64,000 nt of DNA, taken from assembly GCA_951406725.2 (NCBI GenBank), contig OX597824.1:39184001-39248000 (forward strand), given 5' to 3'. Below the pieces are notes generated by a model. That model was not told where the DNA came from. It made no database searches and saw nothing but the letters and a program-made list of their open reading frames with translations. A program made the translations under genes and the position numbers. The number at the start of each line of letters is the position of its first letter. Position 1 is the first letter of the stretch. Origin of the DNA: Octopus vulgaris (Eukaryota). Of the stretch, positions 41,902-55,390 are shown one piece after another.

Positions 41902-42602
41902 ATATATATATATATATATTCATATACGTACACACACCCACACACATATTTCATCAGCATTTTCATAAAATTCTCAACATGATGATGATAATCATAATAA
42001 CGATCATCGTCTTCATCTTCATTGCCATTATGGTCGTTAATCTCCCAGCAATGATACTCATTTTTTTGCCATGATTTTCCTTATTACTATCCCTGAGGCA
42101 ATATGTGAATCAGCACATGAATAACTGTATTTTCCTAACCAGAAGAATTATCAGATTTCTTTATCCTTATTCATATGAATATACGAATTCAATATTGTGT
42201 TTATAATATTCTATATATGTATATATATGCGTGTGTGTGAGTGAATGTGTGTGTGTACGCGCGTGTACGTATGTATATGCATGTGTTTGAAGATATATAT
42301 ATATATATACATACATACACGGACATAGAGGCTACGTACATATATATATAGATACACACACACACATACATATATTTAATGTGTATATATAATTTCATAT
42401 ATGTGTGTATATACATTAATCTGTGTGTATATATATCAATACATTTATTTCGTATGATATATATAATTTTGTATATTCGTATACACGCGAACATACATTC
42501 TCTCCTCTCTCTCCCACTCTCTCTTACTCTCTCTCCCCTCTCTCTCTCCCACTCTCTCTTACTCTCTCTCCCCTCTCTCTCACACACCCACTTACATGTA
42601 TA

Positions 42603-42647
<45 letters not shown>

Positions 42648-42695
42648 TTTTGTATATATAAATACGTGCAAAAGTATACATGTATGCAGACATAT

Positions 42696-42972
42696 TGCCG
42701 AACCGCTAAGTGACGGGGACATAAACACACCAGCATCGGTTGTCAAGCAATGCTAGGGGGAAAAACACAGACACACAAACATACACGCACGCACATATAT
42801 ATACACATACGACGGGCTTCTTTCAGTTTCTGCCTACCAAATCCACTCACAAGGCTTTGGTCGGCCCGAGGCTATAGTGGGAGACACTAACCCAAGATGC
42901 CACGCAGTGTGACTGAACCTGGAACCATGTGGTTGTTAAGCAAGCTACTTACCACACGGCCACTCCTGCGCC
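42696..42972 (-). mobile_element. SINE family A, 3'-truncated
   Basis: Colinear with 8685-8972. Confidence 0.9.
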
Positions 42973-42982
42973 TATGTGTGTA

Positions 42983-43080
42983 AATCTGACGGGAGAATAT
43001 GTTGAATAAAATTATTAACTCATCTTTCTGTATTTTCTTTATCCCAAAGCCATTCAAGAACTTTTCAGTATCCCCTCTAA
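42983..43080 (+). mobile_element. mariner MITE terminal fragment
   Basis: gaatatgttgaataaaatt...cccaaagcc...aagaacttttcagtatccc matches the reverse complement of 13844-13930. Confidence 0.7.
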
Positions 43081-43467
43081 CATACACCCCCACAAAAATA
43101 TATACATTGATATATTCACAACCAAATACACACGAGCTCCTCTTAAGTGTTTATTTATAAATATGTACTTGTAATAAATGTAAACTGTATATTCGTTCTT
43201 AGGTGTGTAAATTTTCATTGTAAGCATATCCGCTGCTTTCAACCGCCTACATAGAATCAGGAAATGTAACTAAATGGAAATATAATCAAAACAAGTAAAT
43301 ATAATCAAAATTTAAGAGATTAAGTCAACAATATCAGATGAATTTTGACAAACATTGAACATTACTATAAGTAGCCAAATAACTAAATGTATACGTGTAA
43401 ATATACATACATACGTACATATATTCATACATTCATGTATATATGCTCATATACGCATTCGTATATA

Positions 43468-43574
<107 letters not shown>

Positions 43575-43599
43575 ATGTATATGTAGATATATATATGTA

Positions 43600-43634
<35 letters not shown>

Positions 43635-43782
43635 GCATTGATACATAAATTTCAATTTCTGTCTGTCTGTCTGCTGTCTATCTGTCTGTTACCATGTTGC
43701 TGCCTACACCAGTGAAGCAATCTTGAAACTTTGCATACATACTAAACTAACATCCAGTTGAATTATAGGTGTGTATGTGTGT

Positions 43783-43838
<56 letters not shown>

Positions 43839-43849
43839 GTGTGTGTATA

Positions 43850-44110
43850 CTAGCTGAATTACCAGGCAATACCCGGAAAAGTGGGTACTGTTTCCAGTTG
43901 CCGTCCCCATTACATTGTCACAGGTTCTTTCCCGTTCTGTTCTGCTCCGTTTTAGTTTTAGGTCTGGTCCCATTCCTATCCCTAATCCAATGTCAATATA
44001 TAAATTTTAGAATCAGTTAAGTGTAATTAAGCCAAAAAATACTTTATTTTGTCGTTGCGTGCAATTTTAGAACTAAGTTTTGCTTGATTTCGCGGTCGCA
44101 TCACGTTCTT
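43850..44110 (-). mobile_element. Helitron-like 3' portion
   Basis: Minus ends ccgggtattgcctggtaattcagCTAG|T (hairpin + CTAG); 5' extent uncertain. Confidence 0.5.
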
Positions 44111-44479
44111 GTACTTCAAAGCTATAGTTTTCCTGTTGGAAAACTGAGTTGTTCTAACAAAGTTTGCACGCTGTTTACATGAAGCAGTGCATGGTTGAGT
44201 CTTACAGAAGCCTTACATAACTCCTTTCAGGAGATGTGTCATTGATTTGTAAACATGTGCTACAGCTACCACTAGTGGGCGCATTATAGAATTTTATTGA
44301 AAGCCAATAAGCCTATAATTACCACATCTGGCGACAATTCGTGTAAAAAAATTTACTGTAACCGCAGTATATACATATATATATATATATATACATACAT
44401 ACATCTATGTGTGTATATTTGTGGTGGTTTGTCCCCCACCACCGCTTGACAGCGGGTGCTGGTGTGTTTCTGTTATAGT

Positions 44480-44968
<489 letters not shown>

Positions 44969-45292
44969 AAATGTATATATTTACGAATGTGTGCGTGTTT
45001 GTCTGGAAGAACACGCATGTTTTTATCAGGTGTGTGTATGCTGTACATATATATGCATGTATATATATATGAAGTCGTACTGAAAACTTCAGAAAGGGAA
45101 CCACAAAGTACTGATCAAGGCTACCAGGGACTTTAATGCATTCATCTCATGAAAAATGAAAAGAAATGTATGGAAATATATGTATGTTGTTTTCATTCTT
45201 TTATAACGATTTCCCAACACCAGAATAATAAACTGAAAACCGATTCTCTCCCCTTAAATAGCCACCACTACTAGTAAGCCAACCACTTGTCC

Positions 45293-45323
<31 letters not shown>

Positions 45324-45468
45324 CATACATACATACATACATACATACATACATACATACATACATACATACATACCGAAAAACATTAACATTGCTCTCT
45401 GTTTTGTATCGTTTCTTTCTAAGCAGTTTTTTCCCCTTAATTTTCAAAAAGTTTAAAACCGAATCGAT

Positions 45469-45706
45469 TTTCTGTTGTGTCTGGGGAAAGTCATTTTCTT
45501 TTTGTGCCTTATAATGTAACATACTCACCGGTGAAATTACCACCTATTTCTTATTTTTATTTTCCTAAAATTATAAGAAATAAGTGGAAATTTCACCGGT
45601 GAGTGTGTTACATTATAAGACACAAAAAGAAAATGACTATCCCCAGACACAACAGAATATGCTTCAACACACGAACTCATATAAAGAATCTTCCAAAAGC
45701 AAATCC
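45469..45706. mobile_element. 238-bp insert with 85-bp inverted arms and 14-bp flanking direct repeat
   Basis: Arms 45470-45554 / 45573-45657 (~5 mismatches); aaaaccgaatcgat at 45455-45468 and 45707-45720. Confidence 0.8.
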
Positions 45707-46002
45707 AAAACCGAATCGATGTTGCTGTTTGATAAAGATATTAAAATTTTCTAAAGCTTAGATCTTTTGTCGTGGTTTGGTAAAATAGCCACTCTTCGTT
45801 ACATTGATATTGCATATTCTCTGTTGGGATTCCTCATATAATGAGGAGAAAGAAGTTTGTTGTTCCTTGAGCTGCTTCTGCTTTTCTGTTTATCATGGTA
45901 ATTATGCCTCTGGATTGTGCGCGGGAACAATAATAGTAATAACGTTAATCGTGGTATAATATCGATCATCAACACCATCATCATCATCATCGTCATCATC
46001 AA

Positions 46003-46052
<50 letters not shown>

Positions 46053-46709
46053 CCATTACCGTCATCGATGCCGTCATCATCATCATCATCATCAACATCA
46101 TTATCATCTCCATCATCATCATCATCATCATGAGGTAGTTGCATGAACTTTAGTCTACAGAGATGTATTCTAGTGTTGGTGACTACAGTTCTTCGCAAAT
46201 CACGAGAAATTTTCTTAGAATTCCTATAAGATAAGAGAGTGGCACGATTCTGCGAGTCAACATTAAAAGACTGCATTCTAATGTTTTGGTGTTGTGCTGA
46301 GTGCCCCATTTAGCATAGAATCAATTGCCTCCTTTGTCTCCAACAATACCTTCTCTCTGGCTGGGCCGCGATATCTCTCACTTTTCTCAATTTCTTATGT
46401 AACCTCTTGATCATCACCCTTTCTCTTTGTTCTCTACATTCATAGCTGTTCTTTTTTGGTATCAATAGTATGCTTAATCGTCGTAGGAGAAATCCCGTAC
46501 AATTTTGTAATTATTATTCACAACCACAATCACTGGCTTTTGTTCATGTCTCTTAATAGTCATGCTGGACCAAACACAGTTCTAAGATCTCGGTGCACTC
46601 TTTCAGCGATACAGTTGTCCCTGCGCTTATACTCTTTTTTTTGTATTAGCCTACTGTATTCACTTAAGATCCTATTCATTTTTGTGCCACACGTAATAGC
46701 TAATATTTA

Positions 46710-46904
<195 letters not shown>

Positions 46905-46908
46905 TATT

Positions 46909-47455
46909 GAGTGAGAGAGCAGTGCATGCCATCAAAGTGGCACTGGGGTAAAATATACGAAGCGCAGTATACCCATCAAGACGACCTGTCTGATAAGGGT
47001 ACACCAGACACATACATCACAACCATATGTGCGCGACATGGTGATCTCATATCAAGATAAACAGCGCATGACCTTGCAGGTGGGGCCCAGTTAGAATTTT
47101 CTTCTGGTCGAGTAGCCCATCCCGTTCAAAAGGTCCATGAATAGGGATTGTTTAAGGATGTTGAACGAACCAGTCATGTTTCCAAAGGTGAATTATCTAA
47201 ACCTCCAAGAATTCCTTTCAACACACGACTATGATGCTGCCCCACTACTTCTGCTTTTGATTAGAGATGTACATATCATCAGCCACTAAGGGACATGGTC
47301 AACTGGTTAAGGTCAAATAACTGACAAGCAAATCTGTTGTATTGAGCTGAATATTTGCTGTAGCCCATCTTTTATACCAAGACAAAACATGATAACACTT
47401 CCAATCAGTTAAGATCAGAAGTCACGAGAGCCACTGTCTGGCACTGCATCAGGGC
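46909..47455 (-). mobile_element. (AAT)n-associated element, full length
   Basis: Reverse complement of 18935-19488, flanked by (ATT)n on both sides. Confidence 0.9.
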
Positions 47456-47512
<57 letters not shown>

Positions 47513-47576
47513 CATCATCATCATCATCGTCATCATCGTCATCATCGTCGTCGTCGTCATTGTCGTCGTCGTCGTC

Positions 47577-47649
<73 letters not shown>

Positions 47650-48700
47650 TTATTGTAGACGTCGCAACGTATACAATATCGCGTGAGGTTGTTGATTGAA
47701 GATAATTTGTAATGTTTGCCAAGTAACAACAAGACTCTTAGACAGACAGTACTTTATGCAATATGTCTGCAGTTCCTAGCAATGCCGACTTTTGCAATAC
47801 AACTAAATTGAAGGGCATTTCTAAGGTTTGCAGATGGTTTTTTTTTTCAGATTGGTTGGTATTGTTGGTTTCACGGTGGAACTGACCATGTAATTCTATA
47901 CGGAGTACAGTCTCTTCTCTCTCGTTAGCTGTTCTTGTTCGGAATTCATGAGCATGCTCAAGTTCATTTCTGTTGACTCCTTCTGCACTAGCAGCATGCT
48001 GTCTTCTTTGCTGTCTACCAAATATTCCGTCATGTTTATTCTTTTACTGTTGATGCACTCCCGTACGCTAACCAGTCCACCCTTATCTCTCTTCACGTAG
48101 AGCATTTGTAAATTTGCTTTAGGGTGGAACGCACCATACATTACCTTTGTCTTTCAGGTAGTGCTATCGAGTTGGTCAGTCTCTGCTTGTATCCATCTCA
48201 GGATGGGTGCATATGGCCTATAACAAGAGCCCATATGTTCCTTGAGTTGAGCTTTGATTTCAAAAGAAGTTTCAGGCGCTTGAAATATGCAGTGAAGACC
48301 TTATCTTTCATTTCTCTGTGCAAGATATTTTCTACCTCCATGATCGTAAGGTACATGTACCCCTCATCATCCTGATCTTCCATTCTCTCCGTTTGGCAAT
48401 TCTATGCCCCTACTCTTTTACCCCGCTGCAAAGTAAGCACCACACACTTTGAGGTACCGAATTCCATCCCTATATCCTTGCTGCACATTTTCACAGTCTC
48501 AACCAGCCTCTCCAATTCTGGCTGTTTCTGCGAACATTTTAAATCATCCATGAAGCGAAGATGGTTGAGACGAGGTCCGTTATTTCTCAGCTCAGAGTGC
48601 ACTTTCATTTTATGTAGGACTACAGAAAGTGGGATCAAGGCTATAACAAATAACAGAGGTGAACAAAAGTCGCCTTGATAGATACCTCATTGATTGTTAC
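47650..48700 (-). mobile_element. R4/Dong-type LINE fragment (RT to 3' end, internally deleted)
   Basis: RLNHLRFMDDLK, DIGMEFGTSKC, LKSKLNSRN, LYVKRDKGGLVSV; 3' LQKSALLGTADILHKVL followed by (AAT)n on its sense strand. Confidence 0.85.
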
Positions 48701-48711
48701 TTCGGATTTTT

Positions 48712-49980
48712 ACCTGGGACAGATAGGTTTATATCGATTGGAACAGTCATACCAATGGGCAGGCATGATTTTTGTCTGAAGCCTTTCAATATAACGTCTG
48801 GCTTATTTGCATCTATCTTTCTGTCAGTTTGAATGGTGAAGTTCCAGAGGAGTGAGATGTGATCATTTTCAAGCACTGGAAGTGGTTTGTGTTCCCACCA
48901 GTTTTTATCATGGGGCAAGTCCAGGTTTTTGCAAATTACCCAGTGAATGTATTGTGCAGCTCTATCATGCATGTTGAAATACTCTGTAGGCGCAAGAAGA
49001 CTGCACATGGAGACAACATGATCAATGGCTTCATTTTGTTGTTGATATACACGACATGTTGGAAAGCTACCATTCTTTAATATGTTGGCCTGGTAGTTTC
49101 TTGTAAGTAAGCATTGAGCTTGGGCTACTATGATAAACCCTTTTGTTTCTGATTTTAAGCCAGAAGCCATTAGCCATTGACGAGTAAGGGCTTTGTCAAC
49201 ATCGGCATTATTAGTTCTCTTTGGGTATTTGCCATTGAGACGTCTTTCTTGCCATTTATCAGTAATAATAACTAAGGCAGCAGTTTTAGCATGGGTTTTC
49301 ATACGCTTAGCTTTTTCTAGTACGTCAAATTCAGGAATTTGTATTTGGAATTCACTTATATATTCCTTTACCTGTTTTGTTACTGAGTATCCTTCGGTCA
49401 AGATTACATATTTCAGTAATTGACCAGTTAATGATATTGAAACTTGTAAGTCACCACGGGTATGGCTAAAGTATTGATCGCTTCGACCGTTTCTTGCATT
49501 CAGCTCTATCTGTAGTATTGCACTCACCCTGTGATAACATTCTGTTCTGATCCTTTCCCTCATCACTGAATATTTGATTCCGTCCCCTTCAAATACTCCT
49601 AGGTATTTGTAGCTCTCGCTGGTTCTAACTCTTTTATGACATTCTGCTGGTCAAGTTTAACGTTAGATATTTCTGTCATTTTTCCTTTGATAAAGGTAGC
49701 TTTTGCACATTCATCATGGCCAAATTGCATCTTGATGTCATCACTGCACTGTTTAAAAATCGCTAGTAAACATTTGAGTGGTTGGTCATTTTTTGCAAAG
49801 AGCTTTAAATTATTCATGTAAATGAGATGATTTATATTTTTATCAAACATTTTATAACCGTACTGTACAACATTGAACAATTTCGCGAGAGGTATTAAGG
49901 CTAGACAAAAGTGGAGTGGTGATAGTGAGTCACCCTGGAAAATGCCACATTAAATTCTTACATCTCTAACATTAAGTGAT
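48712..49980 (-). mobile_element. R4/Dong-type LINE fragment (RT end, knuckle, RLE start)
   Basis: GIFQGDSLSPL, INHLIYMNNLKLF, GLKSETKGFII.AQ, CRV...IDHVVSMC, LLWNFTIQTDRKIDANKPDV. Confidence 0.9.
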
Positions 49981-50233
49981 TTACTGCCACTGTGGTTCTC
50001 CGTGATTTACTGTCCGTGTGGTTCTCCGTGATCTCATACTTACAGACAAAACGTTTCACGAAGTAGGTGCTCTTTTATACATTTCCAGACATTTCTTAAT
50101 CCAGCTATTATTATTATCAGCTCCATGCACTGTGGGTTTGTGTTTAATTGTTTTTTTTACAGCGTTGATATATATATATATGTATGTTTATATATGCACA
50201 CACACAATTGCACACACACTCATACAGACATCT

Positions 50234-50289
<56 letters not shown>

Positions 50290-50536
50290 AATTAGAGAAA
50301 AATCACTATTATGCAATTCAAACGATAGACATAAACCAAATCATAAATAAAAAATAAAATATATTTTTTAAAAACATATAACTAGATCATAAAAAGTAGA
50401 AAAATGAATAAACAATATATAATAAGTGGTTTTTCTCTAATTTATATATTATATATATATATTGTGAAATTTGATTTAATACTAAGTTGAATTTTTCCCT
50501 GTAAGTTTGGAGTTATACTCCCTAATATTATTATTG

Positions 50537-50600
<64 letters not shown>

Positions 50601-51047
50601 CCTTTATAGCGGGCAGTATACCTAATTCTAGAAATTCATTTCCTTATATTTCCCTATATTTCCCTTTGTAGGAAATTTTAACAAAGTTAGAAGGAATTTT
50701 TAAAAAAATCATAAAGTAATATTTCTACAGGATAAAATATAACTGGAAATTAAAACTGATATTCTTTTTACTACTAGAAATAATTAATTAAAAAATCGAT
50801 TAAAAGACCAAATTAAAATCGTAATTAAAAATAAACGGCAGAAACGATGTTTTTTCTTCTCCTTTACATAATTAAAAGCAATAATTACTAAAATAAAAAT
50901 TATTCTTTTGAGAAAAACTAATTTCATAACTAGGGGATTTTCTAACAAATGATAGAATGTGAAAATTACTTCCGACATATTGTGAAGATGACTATTTACA
51001 CAGACACATACAGATACACACAAACAAGCACACACACACACAAACAA

Positions 51048-51081
<34 letters not shown>

Positions 51082-51094
51082 GTATATATATATG

Positions 51095-51137
<43 letters not shown>

Positions 51138-51688
51138 AACAAATCTGTATAAAAATGTGATCAAATGACAGACACCATATATATATATATATATATATAT
51201 GAACACTGCAATTTCTCCGCTGAGATTTTAATTAATATATTTCCGGATGAAATAACAGCGAAGATATTTGAAATCAAAACGCATTGAAGGAATTTTGTCT
51301 TGCTGAACACATAAAAACGACAAAATCCTTTAAATATTACTTTCAAATTATTGTAGCGAACGTCAAATTGTAATGGATAAAGCTCCAATAAGCTGACAGA
51401 GTTTCAGTTGTCAACTGAAAACTTATAGTTCTAAAGTAACCTGTTTGGAAAACATATGCCTGAGAGTTTCTAATTCCTTTTCATCATCAGTTCTTCACCT
51501 TTATTGTTCATTATAATAATAAATAAGCACATTACTTCAAGTAATAATTCTACAAGTAACTGTAACGCAAAGAATTACTATTGTCTACTTCAGATCTGGA
51601 ATGCAAGATCATGATACGTAATGACACCTTTGTCATTTAATGTACTGCTCTGTTTAAACAGCTTTAGAGATACATAGTCACGTAAATA

Positions 51689-52071
51689 TCTTTATATATA
51701 AAAGAAAGGTTGTGTCTGTCTCCTACGATTTAGATTCCTTACTACTCCCACATTTTGCGGTGCAGTTTAACCAAAACCGGGTATCTTATAGTCGTGATTC
51801 ATATCGAGCCCGTCTGGGTATTAGCGCGCGTCTACGATTTAAAAAAAATTACCATCATTTTTTTCCATTTTAATGCATTTTTTCGCTATTATATAAGGGA
51901 AGTAACTCTCTAAAAATGTCTACGATGAGTCAACGATTTAAAAAAAAAATTCACCATAATTTTTTTTCCATTTTTAATGCATTTTTTGCTATTTTTTGGC
52001 TATAACTCTCTAAAAATGCTTATATAGTTATTTCCCTTACAAACCCGAGCAACGCCGGGCGATACTGCTAG
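51689..52071 (+). mobile_element. non-autonomous Helitron
   Basis: A|TCTTTATATATAAA start; 3' hairpin cccgagcaacgccggg followed by ...CTAG|T; no TSD. Confidence 0.85.
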
Positions 52072-52135
52072 TGTTTTATGAAAATGAAGTCGTAACAAAT
52101 CTGTATAAAAATGTGATCAAATGACAGACACCATA

Positions 52136-52989
52136 AGACGGCGAGCTGGCAGAAACGTTAGCACGCCGGTCGAAATGCTTAGTGGTATTTCGTCTGCAGT
52201 AACATTCTGAGTTCAAATTACGCCGAGGTCGACTTTGCCTTTCATCATTTCGGGGTCGATAAATTAAGTACCAGTTACGCACTGGGATCGATATAATCGA
52301 CTTAATCCGTTTGTCTGTCCTTGTTTGTCCTCTCTGTGATTAGCCCCTTGTGGGTAGTAAAGAAATAGGTATTTCGTCTAAATACTCTATAAATACAATA
52401 TGCTTTGACGGTTTTTAACGTCCTCTCAGGCGTAATATACATATTCATATACATATTCAGTGGAATAGATGTTTCAGTGGAGACGAATTTTCTTTTCATG
52501 TCTCTAATTACTCTACTGCATAATATAACTATATTTCGAAATCTTATGGGGTATAAGCAAAAGATCGCATGTTCTTTAGTTTTATTATACGTTAAATGTT
52601 TAGCAGTATTTCGTCTATCTTTACGTTCTGAGTTCAAATTCCGCCGAGGTCGACTTTGCCTTTCATTCTTTCGGGGTCGATAAATTAAGTACCAGTTACG
52701 CACTGGGATCGACGTAATTGACTTAATCCCTTTGTCTGTCCTTGTTTGTCTCCTCTATGTTTAGCACCTTGTGAGCAATAAAGAAATAAGAAACGTTAGC
52801 ACGCCGGGCGAAATGCTTAGCGGTACTTCGTCTGTCTTTACGTTCTGAGTTCAAATTCCGCTGAGATCGACTTCGCCTTTCATCCTTTCGGTGTCGATAA
52901 ATTAATTACCAGTTGCGAACTGGGGTCGAGCTTATCGACTAGCCACCCCCTCCCCCAAAATTTCGGGCCTTGTGCCTAGAGTAGAAAAG
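52136..52989 (+). mobile_element. SINE family B multimer (central domain resembles Meta/Sauria-type SINE core) with internal foreign insert and 16-bp TSD
   Basis: Three units of gttctgagttcaaatt...gaggtcgactttgcctttcatc...tcgataaattaagtaccag; TSD aaatg(a/g)cagacaccat at 52119-52134 and 52990-53005. Confidence 0.85.
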
Positions 52990-53859
52990 AAATGGCAGAC
53001 ACCATTTTATGCTTCGCGAAAAAGGAAAAGTAATTTAATTTCATTCCGGTACCTTTTGAATTCAAGTTTTAGTGGAGACGAATTTTCCTTTCATGTCTCT
53101 ATTTACTCTACTGCATAATATAACTATATTTCGAAATCTTATGGGGTATAATATTACCCCTAGCTGGTTTCCAAAGCAAAAGATCGCATGTTCTTTCGTT
53201 TTATTATACTTCGATTTTAGTTTCAAGTAAAAATAAAAAAGAAAACAAAATTTTTAGACTCCATTTGTGATAAAAAAAATTGTGTCAGAATCGTTAATTT
53301 TTTTTTTTGTATTCTATAGTTTAATGCATATCTGGATAATCGGATTATAACTGTCTTGTCATATGTGTAATATCTAGAGAAGAGAGAAGACAAAATATCT
53401 TCGAAACACTCAAATATTTTACGTGTTAAATTTTTTTATCATGCTACAATGCCTCGTTATTGCTCGCAGATTCTAAGACATATAGAGTTTCATTATATCG
53501 TATATAGAAGCTTGTAATAGTGTAAACAGACGGGCAAGTGTTCAGCTATTAACTAATTGTGTGATAGAGAATGACTGAAATTCTTAACTGTCAGTGGATA
53601 TTCAGACGTGAAGTGTTATTTAACTAACGGTTAACATTTAAATACACAGATACTCTATAAATACAATATGCTTTGACGTTTTTTAACGTCCTCTCAGGTG
53701 TAATATACATATTCATATACATATTCAGTGGAATAGATGTTAAGCCATCAGTTTTTAATTTGGCGGAGAGAGATTGATATAATCAACCGGAAATGAATTC
53801 AGAAGTGAACACAAGAATGTACGCGTCTAAATATTAAGATAATTCTACTGAAATATAAT

Positions 53860-54362
53860 AATATTTTGAAGGTGATACCAACATCATTCGGACAGTGCTG
53901 ATGGAATATTTTCCACATCATACAGATAATGTAGCGTTCACGGCGTCGTTGGAGTGAATACAGTTTCAGCTTCTCTAGTCTACCCCAGTAGTCAAAGTCT
54001 GACATGCCATCTATCTATTTTGTGATTGACCTTTGGGGAGCTTCAATTCTCATAATATTTTGTTGTGTGTAGGGAGACCACAGTGGACAGCAGTATCCAA
54101 GGTGGGGTCGGGCAAAAGTGGAGAAAAGAAGGATAATAGTGTGGGAATCTCTCGACTGGAAGGTTCTGAGAATCCAGGAACACATTCTGCGGGCCATGTC
54201 AACTTTGCTGCTTATATGTGTAGCCCAGCTTATGTTGTTGTCCACTGTTACTCCCAAGTCTCTGATGTTGTTGGATGCCATGAGAATTTATCCAGAAGGA
54301 AGAGAATATGGGAGTTTCAGAGCGTCCTCCGTTCCAAAGTGGATCAGTTCGAAATTGTCTTC
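53860..54362 (-). mobile_element. CR1/L2-clade LINE fragment (RT C-terminal region)
   Basis: RDLGVTVDNNISWATHI...ILRTF...RPHLGYCCPLWSP...QR; DYWGRLEKLKLYSLQRRRER. Confidence 0.9.
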
Positions 54363-54558
54363 ATATATATTTATATATATTTATAACTTATAAAATAAGG
54401 GCAAAAGAAAAATTCTAATGCCAAATATGCCGAAAAAAAGGCAAAATTGTCAGTAACCATTATAATTTATGCGTCTCGAAACAAGCCGATAGGAATTTTT
54501 AAAAAATCCCTTATTACCGTATTGGTCCCAATTTCGGGGTTAATTCATAAGAATTTTC

Positions 54559-54721
<163 letters not shown>

Positions 54722-54729
54722 TATATATA

Positions 54730-55108
54730 CTAGCAGTATCGCCCGGCGTTGCTCAGGTTTGTAAGGGAAATAACTATAAAGCATTTTTAGAGAGTTATAG
54801 CCAAAAAATAGCAAAAAAATGGAAAAAAAATGATGGTAAATTTTTTTGAGAGTTAAAGGTAGAGTTGCGTCCCCTAGACGGTCTGTGGTTTGGGTTTCTA
54901 ATTCTCGACCCCATGTCGAATTTATCGATTTTTTTCAGAACTGGGGGAACTTTTCAAAATTTTCTCTGCGTTAGTTTTGAATTATGACATTGGGCTATGT
55001 GTGTGTCAAGTTTCATCAGAATCGGTTGAAAGCCGTGGTCAGAGTGAGGGTACGAGAAAACAGACACACAGAAACACGCACAGACAAACTGCCGTTTATA
55101 TAGAGAGA
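54730..55108 (-). mobile_element. non-autonomous Helitron
   Basis: Minus A|TCTCTCTATATAAA start; 3' cctgagcaacgccgggcgatactgCTAG|T nearly identical to the end of 51689-52071. Confidence 0.85.
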
Positions 55109-55159
55109 TATATATATATATAAATATATATATAAATATATAAATATATAAATATATAT

Positions 55160-55216
<57 letters not shown>

Positions 55217-55390
55217 CATATATATATATATATAGAAATTAAATATAAATATAAATTACAAAGTGGGACAAGAACGCAAAAACACACAAAGAGACGACAC
55301 AAAAAAACAGACGGGTCACTCGAAGCCTCTAATCTTCAGTCGGGAACCGGATCATCTTAGTAATTTCGGCTGTTTAATCTCGATATTACT

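Noticed and set aside
55320-55375. Type II hammerhead on the minus strand (GAAA...AUC...CUGAAGA)
   Set aside because: Stem II needs a 5-nt bulge next to the core and stem I is offset; the fold is not convincing
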